This document shows, in pieces, positions 11,123-22,546 of a stretch of 64,000 bases of DNA. Positions within the stretch are counted from its first letter, which is position 1. Each line of letters begins with the position of its first letter. Source of the DNA: Diplonema japonicum (lineage: Eukaryota; Protista; Euglenozoa: Diplonemea); the NCBI GenBank assembly GCA_964019335.1, contig OZ025710.1:248001-312000 (forward strand). Reading direction: 5' to 3'. The notes beneath the pieces are model-generated. The model saw only the letters and a list, made by a program, of their open reading frames with translations, was not told the origin of the DNA and made no database searches. The position numbers and the translations under genes are program-made.

Positions 11123-12619
11123 CGACTGCACCGCAGCTACCGGTGCAGGCCCCTCAGGCTTCGGAACAAAGCTGTGGCAGATGTGAATATTGTTGCAGTT
11201 TTCCCCATATTCGCATCTATTCTCCCTGTGCAACCTGCATATCTTCCCGTTCGCAAAACACTTATACTGCCCGGTTTTCCCCGTCCTCACAGGGAGACTG
11301 TTCAAACCCGTTGTGCTTGTGATCAACATATGCGGTACCTCAGAGAAGCAGCCTCCTTGTGTCGGCCCCCACCTCACCTTAACAGGGATCTCAACAGGAG
11401 GATGCGTAGCCCTCTCAGGGTGGTGCAACGGGCAGCAAGGGTTCCCGTACCTCAGCTTTGCGATGTAAGGCGGGTCGGCGTGGATGGAACGGCAGCTTTT
11501 CCCATGTTTACACTTCCCCTCAAGGTAGTAAAGGCAAAGTTGCGGCGGTTGTGCGGAAGGTGCGCCTCTTGCCTTTGCGTACAACGACCTCCCCATCGTA
11601 GCCTCTGTTCTGTGGTAGGGAAGCACGTACTTCGAACCGGTAGAGGGATCTACTACATCACGCAGCTCAACGACGAAGTTGGTACCTGTTGACACTGTGT
11701 ACCCTGCACCAGAGGCGGCCATCTCACGGAGGACCTTGATCGCCTCGCGAGAGACGTGCAGCTGGTTGCAAGCATGGTGTGCGTTGCAACCCCTGTGCCC
11801 GTTCTCCCCACCCTTTTGGTACAGCATGCACACAAAGGACTGCTTCTTCGTGGCGTAGTCGCGCTTTCCAACAGAGTCCTCCAACAGGATAGGGGGCACA
11901 ATGTACCTTCCTTTGTTCTGTGGGTCATAGATCAAGCATGATGTGGTGGAATGGAGCAGGGTGTTGCCCACGGTGATGCGGGTTTCTCCACTAACACACT
12001 GCGACTTGACCTGCCTGTGGAGGTAGCCAACTTGAAGCCCGCACACAGAGTGCCATTTGATAAAAGCTTGATCTTTTGTGGGAACAGCTTGGTTTGACGG
12101 GACAGGGACCGTGTTCAACATTGTTGGTGGGCCGTTGTCTTCGATATCTTGGTCATGTCCGGGGTCTGACCCGCTTTCTTCGTCGTGGTTTGATGAAGGC
12201 TTGTCCTGTGTGACTGGAGGACAGCATGCAGCAACTTCTACCTCGTTTAAGTACTGCGCGTACAGTTCATCGACCTTTTGAAGGTATGTTACCGAGAGCT
12301 TACCGCCGGTCTCCTTGTCGAACTTCTTCAGGATCTTTCTGCAGCCTTCTCTGTTCATCCCGTAGAATTTAAGCCGAGCTTGCTTCTCGGGGATTTTGCA
12401 GGGGCAGCCTGGCTGGCATTGATCCTGCTGGTCCTCTTCGAGGTTCGCCTTCAGGAAATGCTCCAGCTTCACCATCTCCCCTTCAAACAATGACGCGAAG
12501 GCCGTGGGATCGTTGTAGATAGACTCCTTCAGCTTCTCGTAGTTGAGGTACTTCTCCGTGTCTATCATGCCGCTGTAGGTCTCAGCGTGTTCGCTGAGCG
12601 AGTTGCCAAACTTCACCAT
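10778..12619 (-). CDS. SPX domain + three CCCH zinc-finger RNA-binding protein with Q/P-rich tail and HQPY motif
   Basis: SPX: MVKFG...YLNYEKLK...FEGEMVKLEHFL...YGMNREGCRKILKKFDK. CCCH fingers: CMLY...C...CNQLH, CLYYLEGKCKHGKSCRSIH, CRLHRENRCEYGENCNNIH. Poly-Q tract; HQPY at 10823-10834. Confidence 0.85.
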
Positions 12620-12860
12620 GTTGTAATAAGAGTGGGGGGTTTTTTTTTCTCTCTCTCTTTTTTTTTTTTTTTTTAATGCGTGTTTTTTTTTTTTCTTTGT
12701 TCGCCCTGTTTTTTTTTTTATATTGGGTTAAAGGTATTCGCCTCTCTTTCGTTTCCCATCACACAAAGATACAAAAAAAAAATAATAACAAACAAAACTT
12801 ACATGGAGGGGGGGGGGGGGGGGGGGGGGGGGGGCATATGGTCCTTAAAAAGGGCCACTT

Positions 12861-13242
12861 TTTGCCCTTTTTCAGGCTCTTCGCCAAGGGCATTTTGGGC
12901 CCTTAAAAAAACTGTAACCACCCAAAAGTGCCCACAAATCACCCAAACCCCCGTTTCCCGATGTTTTCCGGCCCCAGAAGTGCCCAGAATCATGTTCTAA
13001 TTTTGGGGCCCCCGTTTGGTACTTTCCCTATGTAATCCTAGGGGCCCCTATTTTATGTTCCCTAGGATTACATAGGGAAAGTACCAAACGGGGGCCCCAA
13101 AATTAGAACATGATTCTGGGCACTTCTGGGGCCGGAAAACATCGGGAAACGGGGGTTTGGGTGATTTGTGGGCACTTTTGGGTGGTTACAGTTTTTTTAA
13201 GGGCCCAAAATGCCCTTGGCGAAGAGCCTGAAAAAGGGCAAA
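12861..13242. mobile_element. Foldback/MITE-like perfect palindrome (183-bp arms, 16-bp spacer)
   Basis: 12861-13043 is the exact reverse complement of 13060-13242; flanked by a G-run on the left and a C-run on the right. Confidence 0.85.
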
Positions 13243-13268
13243 TAACGACCCCCTTATGACCCCCCCCC

Positions 13269-13453
13269 TAGGGCTATGCTGGCAGGAAACGTGGAAACGT
13301 TTCCGTTTCCGTTCCCGTTTCCGTTTCCATACTTTTCAAAATTCTTATGGAAACGGCTTCCTTCTTAAGGAAACATAAGGAAACGTTTCCGTTTCCGTTT
13401 CCCTTTTTTTCAAAAAATGCATGGAAACGCGTTTCCATGCCAGCATAGCCCTA
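13269..13453. mobile_element. hAT-like MITE (16-bp TIR TAGGGCTATGCTGGCA)
   Basis: TIRs at 13269-13284 and 13438-13453; interior built of GGAAAC/GTTTCC subterminal repeats. No direct target-site duplication visible. Confidence 0.7.
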
Positions 13454-13588
13454 GGGGGGGGGGGGGGGGGGGGGGGGAGAAGTTTAACAACTATAAAACC
13501 CTTTAACACAAATATATATAAAAAAAGAGAGATTTCTAATAAGAATAAAGAAAATACAAAATCTATTTAAAAAAAACCTCCCCCCCCC

Positions 13589-15520
13589 CTACAGCGGATT
13601 GATTCCCGGTAAATGAAGCGTACCGAGACCACCTATCATGGCTGTGAGTGGCGCTGCGGTGCTTGGGGAGATTGTAGGGCATCGATTGGACCGAGCGGGG
13701 GAGACAAGACCAGGAGAGAGAGATTGCGTCTTGCTTTCGATCATTTCGTGCAGGTTTTGAATCTCAGCGATTTTTCGCTGCAGCTCAAAGCTGGACGGGG
13801 GCGAGGCTGCTCTCGGAGCAGAATTGTACTTTTGAATATCTTGAGCCGACATCTCCAACCTATTGCTGTTCTTCACGAAGGGCGTTTCTGACCGCGAAGC
13901 TGAACTGACCACCCGACTCGACGACCAAGCACTATTCTGATTGTACATAGGTGACCCGTATTCACCATTGCCACTTCCGTTTCCACTGCCAAAACCCATA
14001 TCGTTCCTTTCATTCTCCAATTTCTCCATTTCAACCTTCAGCTTTGATTGCAAGACATCCCGCAGGTTAGCTATGTGAACTGCTTTGTTCATGACGCGGC
14101 GTTGCATTTGTTTCATCTCCTCCGAGTGCATTTCAATCCGTGTTTTAACGGAGTCAATGCTGGCTTTACGAGGTGCCTCGTCCGTGGGGTCCATCAGGGT
14201 GCATTCGTCTACAATTGGGTCTGTTTGTACTCCTGTTTCTAGTGTGATCATGCGTGCTGTTGAGAGGAGTGATGTTGATCTTTTTGGGATGATGATCGGG
14301 TCTGCCCGTGAACGTTCCTCGACAAGCTTTACCATGAGGAGGTCCTTCTCCTTTACCACTGCGTCGTAACGGGAACGTAGGGAGTTGAGCTCTGTCTTCG
14401 CATTGACGATTAAGGTGTCTTGTTCCATTGCGGTGCTTTGCATTGTAAGCATTGCGTTCATGTCTGCTTTCAGTTTGCTCTCCGCGGCGCCGGAGAGGAC
14501 TGAGAGCTGGTCTGCAAGATGTTTCCCTTCCCTGCGCAACATATCGACTTCTCTCGTTTCCTGTTTCCACTTCACAAGATCTGTTTTGTAAGTTGTGTTG
14601 ACGTCGTTGAGATCTGTTTGCAGTTTTGTTCGCAGAGTTCTTTCCTCGTTCAGGCTGTTCTCTAGCTTTCCCATCAGGGTTTCCGTGAAACGTAATTTTT
14701 CTTCCGCCATTTCCGCCGCTTGGGCGTAGTTTGCGATTGCTTCGCCCCGTTCTCGGACCATTTGTCGGAGCTCCGAGACTAATAGTGCGTCTTGCATGTG
14801 CTGTGCGATCGCTTCGTCTTTCTCTCGAAGCAGGGCTTTCAAGCCGGGTATGCTTTCAGTCTCCATACGTGCTTCAAGGAGCTTCTCCTGCAAGGATTGC
14901 TGGTCTTGTTTCATCGTCTTCATGTCGCCATACACCGTGGTTTTCAAACCCATTAATTCGGATTCCAACTGGTCGGATTTTTGTTTGTACGCGACTACCT
15001 CTGCGGTCAGTTTGCAGTTTTCTTCAACTAGCTTGTCGCCGACTTCGTTGGACCCGCTGGTGTGCTTCAACATAATTTGTCTGTACTGTTCGACCTCTGT
15101 CCGGTGAGTTCTGCGAAGTACCTCCATGTCGTCCTGGAGGGACTGGTTGCACGTTTCGAGGCTGTTTACCAGTTGTTTCGTTGACTCTAGTTCCGTGGTG
15201 AGCTTGCTGATTTCTTTTTCTTCTGGTAACGGTGCGCATGTTTCCGTTGTGGACGATCTGGTCGGCAAGGGGATGGGCACAGGTGGTAGTTCGGGCACGG
15301 GGTCTTCCTTCAACCTGCAGTACTCTTCCTTCAAATACGCGTGCTCCGTGTCCAACTTCATGAACTCCGCGGAGAGCTCTAATATTTTCTGGCTTGCAGC
15401 TCTTGCATTTCCTGCTTGTCTGTCCATGAGGCCGCTCATGATGCTGATTTGTGGGTTTTGTGGGACTGTTGATGGTGCTGGGAGCCGTGTCGGCTGGACT
15501 GGTACGGTGCTTGTAACCAT
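13589..15520 (-). CDS. Coiled-coil protein, 643 aa, function unknown
   Basis: Long uninterrupted ORF with an E/K/L/Q heptad-rich middle and S/P-rich ends. Confidence 0.75.
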   Translation of the reverse strand: MVTSTVPVQPTRLPAPSTVPQNPQISIMSGLMDRQAGNARAASQKILELSAEFMKLDTEHAYLKEEYCRLKEDPVPELPPVPIPLPTRSSTTETCAPLPEEKEISKLTTELESTKQLVNSLETCNQSLQDDMEVLRRTHRTEVEQYRQIMLKHTSGSNEVGDKLVEENCKLTAEVVAYKQKSDQLESELMGLKTTVYGDMKTMKQDQQSLQEKLLEARMETESIPGLKALLREKDEAIAQHMQDALLVSELRQMVRERGEAIANYAQAAEMAEEKLRFTETLMGKLENSLNEERTLRTKLQTDLNDVNTTYKTDLVKWKQETREVDMLRREGKHLADQLSVLSGAAESKLKADMNAMLTMQSTAMEQDTLIVNAKTELNSLRSRYDAVVKEKDLLMVKLVEERSRADPIIIPKRSTSLLSTARMITLETGVQTDPIVDECTLMDPTDEAPRKASIDSVKTRIEMHSEEMKQMQRRVMNKAVHIANLRDVLQSKLKVEMEKLENERNDMGFGSGNGSGNGEYGSPMYNQNSAWSSSRVVSSASRSETPFVKNSNRLEMSAQDIQKYNSAPRAASPPSSFELQRKIAEIQNLHEMIESKTQSLSPGLVSPARSNRCPTISPSTAAPLTAMIGGLGTLHLPGINPL

Positions 15521-15801
15521 TTGATCACCTTTCCCCCCGCCCTCCCTTTTTAAGAATGTGTTGTTTTATAACTGAGAAGATAATGCATAAATATGAGTAT
15601 ATGACTTCAAAAAAAAATGGGGGTGGTGTAAATAATGGAGTGTAGCATGTGGGACAGAGGATGGATGAGGGATGAGAGGGGATGGAATGGGGGGGGTATT
15701 TTTTTTTTGTCTTCTTTACTTTTTTTTTCTTCTTCTTCATCTTCTTGGTTTTTGTTATTTTACTCTTGTTCAAGAAGAACGAGGAGGGGGATTCAACATA
15801 T

Positions 15802-15842
<41 letters not shown>

Positions 15843-16246
15843 GCATGAGAGAGGGACAGAAGAGAGAGAGAACGAGAGGAAGATAAAAAGAAAATGGGGA
15901 TAAATAAATAGACAATGGGTAGCAGAAAGGAATAAGGATAAAAAAGAAAGAAAAAAAAAAACCAACTCTCTAGTGGTCACAATTATATACAAGTCCAACA
16001 AGAAAGTGGGAGAAAAGAAGCCAAAAATACCACTAGCAACACCCCTCTTCCGCAGAAGGGCGCCTTTCTTTTTTCCTTCCTTCTCCGGCATACCTTTTAG
16101 AGTAGAGAGATATTAGTAGGGAGCAAATATTTACTTTTTTTTTCTTGTCTTTGCTTAGAAAAATAGAAATAGTAATCTTAGGCACTTTTTTTTCCTCCGT
16201 AAGAAGGGACTTTTTTTTTTTCGTCTTCTGTCTTCTCCAATTCTTT

Positions 16247-18143
16247 CTACTCCGTGATAAGCTTCCCTCTTGTCTGCTGTGATTGGATGGACTTTGCACG
16301 TTTGAGCTCCTCGCGCTCAGCCGCGATCTTGACCTCCTCCTGCTTGGAAAGGTGTGCACGGTACTCGACCATCTTGGTGCGCCTGGTGAGGTTTGCATCC
16401 TCGAGCTCCTCTGCCGGGTGGATGAAGTCGATGCCAGCCTTGATGAGGGCGTCCTCCGACGGTGCGAAGAGGGCCAGGGCAGAGGCCATCTTGTCCTTCA
16501 GCATCTCCAGCTCCTCCTCAATCTGGTTGCGGAGTTTGTACAGCTCCTTCTTCGCATCGGAGTGCTTCTTCGCGTTCGGGTCAAAGGTCTCGATCGAGAA
16601 CTCCAACTGGATGTGTGTCGCCCTGATGTTCCTGTCGATGTCCTCCAGCTTCTTCTCCTTCTTGTAGACGAGCTGTCCCAGTGTCTTGTACAACCTCCTG
16701 AAAGCCTCCAGGTGCTCCTGGTGGATCTGCAGCCTCAGGTCTGTGAGCTCCTGGTTCGTCTTATCGTACCTGGCCTTGATGGCCGCGCACCCCTCCGCCA
16801 CCAGCTCCTCGATGATCCCAGTCGCCCTGATCGCCAGGTCGCAGTTGTACACCGTCAGCTCCAACAGCTTCTTGTGCTGCGACACCACGTCCAGGAACTG
16901 TTGGTACTCCACCTTCCTCTTCTCTTCCCTGTCGTTTTCCTCAATGCGGCGCTTCACTTCCTCAAACCTCTCAGTTCCTGTTGTGTGAGTGTGAGTGTGG
17001 GTGTGAGTGTGTATTGTTGTCACATACCAAGCTTCTGAAGCTGCCTCTCCAGGTCTTGGATCTTCCTCCAACACTCATCCTGCTTCTCAAGGTTCTCCTT
17101 CAGGAACTTTTCACTCTTGTCCTTCTGTGCTGCGAATCTCTTCATCGACTCTGCATCCTCCAAGTCCGCCTGTGGGTGGTGTGTGTGTGTGTGTGTGTTT
17201 TTTTTTCTTTTTTTTTTCTTTTTTCTTTTTCTTTTTTTGGAATTTATTTTTCTTCTTATATTGCGAGGAAGAAATCCCATACCTTTTGGATGGCATCGTG
17301 GACGTGTTTCAGGTCGTTCTCACACCTCTGCTTCAACCTCCTCTTCCCATCCTTCATGGCAGAGGTCTCTTGGAAGGCCTTCTTCTGCACCTCGTGGATC
17401 TTCGAGAACATCTTGTTCTCGTCGTCTGTCTGTCCGATGATCCTGAACTTGTCCCTCACGAGCTCCACGAGCCTCTCCAAGAGCTGTGCCTTGATGTAGA
17501 ATTGCTCCTCTGCGATCGACATCTCACCGTCCGCGAGGGCCACGTTCCTGATCTCCTTGCACTTCTCGATCGAGGCGAGCTGCTGCCGGATCTGCTCCTC
17601 GTTCCCCAGCAGAGCCGTCTGGATCACCGTCACGTTCATGCAGTCCTCCAAGTTCTTCAGGACGGACACGGGAACCTGCGCCAACTCCGTCGAGTCCAAC
17701 TGGGAGCGGCGCAGCTCCTCCTCAACCTTCTCCAGCTTCGAGAGCCCGTTGTCGATGGTCCCCGTGAAGGACACGATGCGCGTCTTGTTCCTGTGCTGCT
17801 TCATGTCCTGCAACACCCTCTTCAGCGACAGGATGTCCATGAACTGCGGCTTGTCCTCCGGCTTGTACAGCTCCCGAACGCTCATCTCCAGCCCGCACAC
17901 ACGCATCAGCTTCTGGATGTCGTAGGCCGCTGTGAGGTTCCACTTCGTCCCGGACTCCACCGAGCACAGCAGCTGGCAACCCTTCTCGTGGGCACTCGAC
18001 AGCTTCTGCTTCTGGTTCTCACTCCAGTCAGACACGTGCAGCTCCTGCACGTACTCCTCGTTCTCGAGGCATGCTGTCTTCAGCTTCAGGTTGTGGATCT
18101 TCTGCTTCCTCGCTGCCTCCAAAGTGACGTCGCTGGGCTCCAT
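16247..18143 (-). CDS. PFR2: Paraflagellar rod protein 2, copy A (exons 17283-18143, 17028-17169, 16247-16977; 577 aa)
   Basis: LEAARKQKIHNLKLKTACL, QTALLGNEEQI, GTERFEEVKRRIEENDREEKRKVEYQQFLDV match kinetoplastid PFR2. GT-AG introns 17170-17282 and 16978-17027 restore the frame. Confidence 0.95.
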
Positions 18144-18787
18144 CGTGAGGTGTGTGGTGTGAGAAGGGCGGTCTGTGAGGTGACTTTATAAATCTGAAGA
18201 AAGAACAGAGATATAGTAGACACTGCAACTTATAACTAACCTTGTCTTGTGTCTAAGGAGATAGAGAGAGAGGGAAGAAAAAAAAAGAGCTTCTTTTTCC
18301 TTTCTTGTCGGTGTAACTACTCTGGCCCAGCTTCATCCCCGCTTCCTGCTCTGGCGCACCACCAGAAGTCCATACCTGTGCGAAGTAATGCGTGTACACA
18401 CGTACGTCCTCTTACCAAATAACTACAAACTAACTATGGTACTTCTGTTCCCTGAGGTGTCATTCTCTTTTTTTAACATTTGTTTCGTGCCTCTTGACCA
18501 TCGATCGCATTTCTTTATTTGTATCCTGAATGCAGAGTGGAGTTGCTTTTAAAACGCCTAAGAAATAATGGGGGAAAGCAAAAGAAAAAAGGTGTGTAGG
18601 GTCTTTTGGGAAACAAAAGAAAAAAAGAAAATAGAAAAGAAGAAGAGAGGGTAAAAACAAATGAAAGCAGAATAAATCAACAACTTTCCCGAGCGACGTG
18701 GGGTGTCGCATGACAAAATATGTTTTATTCAAAAAAGGTTTTGTTGTTTTGAAGCCATTTAAAGGGTTATGTGTCACCACGGTGTGA

Positions 18788-18832
18788 GGACAGCACTCAT
18801 TCGGTAAAGAACCGAAGAGTTTCATAAGAAGA
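18788..18832 (-). promoter_or_regulatory. Conserved hairpin block in LPMO 3' UTRs (also 20858-20902 and 24785-24829)
   Basis: ~45-nt block identical in all three 3' UTRs; contains the hairpin ACTC(A)TTCGGT-AAAGA-ACCGAA-GAGT. Confidence 0.45.
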
Positions 18833-18995
18833 AAGAGCAACAAAAAGAAGGTACTTTCCACATAAGATATAATAGAGAGGAAATAGAACATTGAATAATA
18901 AGTATGTTTGTTTATAAATAACACAAGTTCCGCAAGGGCACATTTAAGGCAAGACAAGTTTTCTTTCTTTTAAACAATAAAAGGATGACAGAAAC

Positions 18996-20066
18996 TCAGC
19001 CAATCCTGTAACCACTCCAGCTCCTCGTCAAGCACTGTGCATACCACCTGCTCTGCTTGTAGCACCCTGCCCCGTTGGCACAGCAGCTTGGTGCCTGCAG
19101 ACAACTCCCCCACACTGGGATGGAGTACCTGCAGTTACCAGAGGAAGGAGGTGGGGTAGGAGGGCGGGTGGGAGGAGGTGTTGCAGGAGGCGGCATGTTC
19201 CCACCACCATTTCCATTTCCATTCCCGTTTCCGTTTCCGTTCCCAGGGACACACTGTGCGTACCACCTGTTCTGCACGTTGCATGTGGTCCCTGCCTCGC
19301 AGCAGTGCGTGGCACCGGTACAAGCGCCCCACACTCCAATCTTACGAGAGCACCCATTGTTCGAAGGGGGGTTGGGAACAGGTGGGTTGGGGACAGGTGG
19401 GTTGGGGACAGGTGGGTTGGGGACAGGTGGGTTGGGAACGGGTGGGTTAGGAACAGGTGGGTTGGGAACAGGTGGGTTTGGGTTGCCACCACCACCACCA
19501 CCACCACCACTGAACTCCAAGTCGATGGCGTTGTAGAAACTGGCAGCCGTGTCACCAACATCCCAGATGGCAAGGACGACATGGTAGCCTGACTTGGAGG
19601 GGAGGGTGCAGGAGTGTGTTGTCACCATCGGGGGCTGCACCATGTTGCCAGCCGCCGAACAAAAGGGTGCTCCCTCGAAGCTGCTCCTCGCAAGCGGTGC
19701 GTTCTGGTTCCACCCATCCTTCGTGATGTAGTACCTCCAGTCCAAGGTGCGGTGGTTTGCAGTGAACTGCCAAGTGAAGTCCGTCCTCCCACCAGAAGCA
19801 GCTGTCTTCGCCCACCTCGAAGAGGTCTGAGCGTTCAGCGGTGCCCAGTTGGATTTCCCTGCACCGGCCAGCTGCCCATCTGGTGGTCCGCTGGCCGGGT
19901 ACCTGTCCGGCCCCTCCACACTCTGAGGTTCATACTGCACACTCCCACAGTTGCTGTTCTGGCCTGTCTTGCACATATAAGGTCTTGAAGGCGGGCTCTT
20001 CACATAACCATGGCTCTCCACACCAACTGCTGCGAGCAGCATTGGAAATGCCAAGCGACCCAACAT
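18996..20066 (-). CDS. Secreted AA10 lytic polysaccharide monooxygenase (GbpA/CBP21-like) + Gly/Pro linker + two CBM1-like modules, copy A
   Basis: Signal peptide, then mature N-terminal His (HGYVKSP). QYEPQSVEG, FTANH (second His), WDVGDTAASFYN. NPPVP repeats. CBM1-like WG.C...CC..G..C..Q..WYAQC twice. Intronless. Confidence 0.92.
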   Translation of the reverse strand: MLGRLAFPMLLAAVGVESHGYVKSPPSRPYMCKTGQNSNCGSVQYEPQSVEGPDRYPASGPPDGQLAGAGKSNWAPLNAQTSSRWAKTAASGGRTDFTWQFTANHRTLDWRYYITKDGWNQNAPLARSSFEGAPFCSAAGNMVQPPMVTTHSCTLPSKSGYHVVLAIWDVGDTAASFYNAIDLEFSGGGGGGGGNPNPPVPNPPVPNPPVPNPPVPNPPVPNPPVPNPPVPNPPSNNGCSRKIGVWGACTGATHCCEAGTTCNVQNRWYAQCVPGNGNGNGNGNGNGGGNMPPPATPPPTRPPTPPPSSGNCRYSIPVWGSCLQAPSCCANGAGCYKQSRWYAQCLTRSWSGYRIG

Positions 20067-21084
20067 GTTAGTTGTGTAGTCAGTCAAGGGACTGCGAGGT
20101 GTGTGGTGAGGCGTGAAAAGGGAAAAGAGGAACAAGTTATCATAAATAACACAGAAGTGCGACTACTCCCTCGCAAAGCCTTTAATGATGGCCACATAAG
20201 TGACCTATGGCAATGTAATATGAAGGAATATACCACAGGCCGTCGTTTGAAGATTCACATCGCTTGAACAAATAGCGCACAGGGTTCTTCACCCCTTCAA
20301 ACTCTGGGAGTAATCTTGGTCACTTTGCCCCCCAAGGAAGCGAGAGATTAAAAAGAATACAAAGGGTCCCAAGCTGCCTTAAGATTGGGAAACCCGATGT
20401 GCCTTCCTTCAGGTATCTCGGACTCTTGACCAGAAAACAAAGCAACCCTTTTGTGTAAATAGATGCCAGCACCTCTGCGTCAGCCTTCGATGCCTCCTTA
20501 CATCTCACTTGAGTCTTTCTGACATCTTCTTCCCTTCCCTGCACTGAATGAGTTTGTGACCTTGAAAAACAGAGGCAAATAGAAAATAAAAATAAAAGGA
20601 ACAAAAGGAAGGTAGGAAAAAAAGGAAGGTAGGAAAAAAAAAATGGAAGAAAAAAATGTAACTAAATGGGGTGTAAATAAAAAGAAAAGAGGGAGGTGAA
20701 TAAAGGGATAATAAGTAATATGATTTTCTTTTTGACGTGGGTGAGTCAGAACAAGAAAATTAAAATTGTGGTCACTTATTTTCTTTTTTTTTTTACTTTT
20801 TGAAGCTAAAGGGTCATGTGTCCTCACCACAGCGAAGAAATTCAATGTGATCAACGTGGACAGCACTCATTCGGTAAAGAACCGAAGAGTTTCATAAGAA
20901 GAGCAACAAAAAAAAGTGAAAATAAGAAGAACTTCCAGATAAGAAAGGGAAATAGAACATTGGACAATAATAATTTGTTTTTTTTTTTTTTTTTTTTTTC
21001 AATAACACAAGTTCCGCAAGGCACACATATATGGGCAAGACAAAAGACAAGGTTTCATTCTTGAAAATAGTTCAAAAAAGAAAC

Positions 21085-22146
21085 TTAGCCAATCCTGTAA
21101 CCACTCCAGCTCCTCGTCAAGCACTGTGCATACCACCTGCTCTGCTTGTAGCACCCTGCCCCGTTGGCACAGCAGCTTGGTGCCTGCAGACAACTCCCCC
21201 ACACTGGGATGGAGTACCTGCAGTTACCAGAGGAAGGAGGTGGGGTAGGAGGGCGGGTGGGAGGAGGTGTTGCAGGAGGCGGCATGTTCCCACCACCATT
21301 ACCATTCCCGTTTCCGTTTCCGTTCCCAGGGACACACTGTGCGTACCACCTGTTCTGCACGTTGCATGTGGTCCCTGCCTCGCAGCAGTCGACAGAACCG
21401 AGACAAGACTGCCACACCCCAATGGTACGAGTGCACCCATTGTTCGAAGGGGGGTTGGGAACAGGTGGGTTTGGGACAGGAACGGGAGGGTTGGGAACAG
21501 GTGGGTTGGGAACGGGGGGGTTCGGGACAGGAACAGGTGGGTTAGGAACAGGTGGGTTTGGGTTGCCACCACCACCACCACCACCACCACTGAACTCCAA
21601 GTCGATGGCGTTGTAGAAACTGGCAGCCGTGTCACCAACATCCCAGATGGCAAGGACGACATGGTAGCCTGACTTGGAGGGGAGGGTGCAGGAGTGTGTT
21701 GTCACCATCGGGGGCTGCACCATGTTGCCAGCCGCCGAACAAAAGGGTGCTCCCTCGAAGCTGCTCCTCGCAAGCGGTGCGTTCTGGTTCCACCCATCCT
21801 TCGTGATGTAGTACCTCCAGTCCAAGGTGCGGTGGTTTGCAGTGAACTGCCAAGTGAAGTCCGTCCTCCCACCAGAAGCAGCTGTCTTCGCCCACCTCGA
21901 AGAGGTCTGAGCGTTCAGCGGTGCCCAGTTGGATTTCCCTGCACCGGCCAGCTGCCCATCTGGTGGTCCGCTGGCCGGGTACCTGTCCGGCCCCTCCACA
22001 CTCTGAGGTTCATACTGCACACTCCCACAGTTGCTGTTCTGGCCTGTCTTGCACATATAAGGTCTTGAAGGCGGGCTCTTCACATAACCATGGCTCTCCA
22101 CACCAACTGCTGCGAGCAGCATTGGAAATGCCAAGCGACCCAACAT
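21085..22146 (-). CDS. AA10 LPMO-2xCBM1, copy B (divergent linker and first CBM)
   Basis: Catalytic domain identical to copy A; first CBM reads CTRTIGVWQSCLGSVDCC instead of CSRKIGVWGACTGATHCC. Confidence 0.92.
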   Translation of the reverse strand: MLGRLAFPMLLAAVGVESHGYVKSPPSRPYMCKTGQNSNCGSVQYEPQSVEGPDRYPASGPPDGQLAGAGKSNWAPLNAQTSSRWAKTAASGGRTDFTWQFTANHRTLDWRYYITKDGWNQNAPLARSSFEGAPFCSAAGNMVQPPMVTTHSCTLPSKSGYHVVLAIWDVGDTAASFYNAIDLEFSGGGGGGGGNPNPPVPNPPVPVPNPPVPNPPVPNPPVPVPNPPVPNPPSNNGCTRTIGVWQSCLGSVDCCEAGTTCNVQNRWYAQCVPGNGNGNGNGNGGGNMPPPATPPPTRPPTPPPSSGNCRYSIPVWGSCLQAPSCCANGAGCYKQSRWYAQCLTRSWSGYRIG

Positions 22147-22546
22147 GTTAGTTGTGTAGTCAGTCAAGGGACTGCGAGGTGTGGTGGTTCGAATAAAGAA
22201 AAAAAATTAAAACAACTTAAAAGGAAAAGAAAATAACAAGAAGAAAAAGAGAGGAAGAGAAAAAAGACAAGAAACAGAGAGAGTATGAATAGCATAGGTT
22301 TTTTCTTTTCTTTCTTATCGACATTTGGGTTGGGTCAGACTAAGAAAAGAATGAAAATCAGCTTCTTTTTTATTACTCCACTACTCACCCACTATAAAAT
22401 CCCCTGTGCATGAGGTGAACCTGGCCTCAGCGGCCATAGGAGCAGAAGTGAGTCAGATGACAATGAGTGAAATAAAAACTATCCGCTTACCTGCTAAATG
22501 AGCCATTACTTTACTCTCTCGGCTTTCCGAATGAAAAAGAATTTAA

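Noticed and set aside
17007-18191. Long plus-strand ORFs opposite PFR2 (also 27093-28289 and 41510-42604 opposite PRP8)
   Set aside because: Antisense shadows produced by strong codon bias in conserved genes.
18788-18832. SECIS element in the LPMO 3' UTR (AUGA plus hairpin)
   Set aside because: The geometry does not fit a SECIS core and the CDS has no in-frame UGA.
19365-19485. 15-bp GGTGGGTTGGGRACA repeats resembling a CRISPR or G4 array
   Set aside because: They encode the NPPVP linker of the LPMO; there are no spacers and no cas genes.
20160-20600. Coding-like island between LPMO B and A
   Set aside because: No consistent start, frame or recognisable homology.
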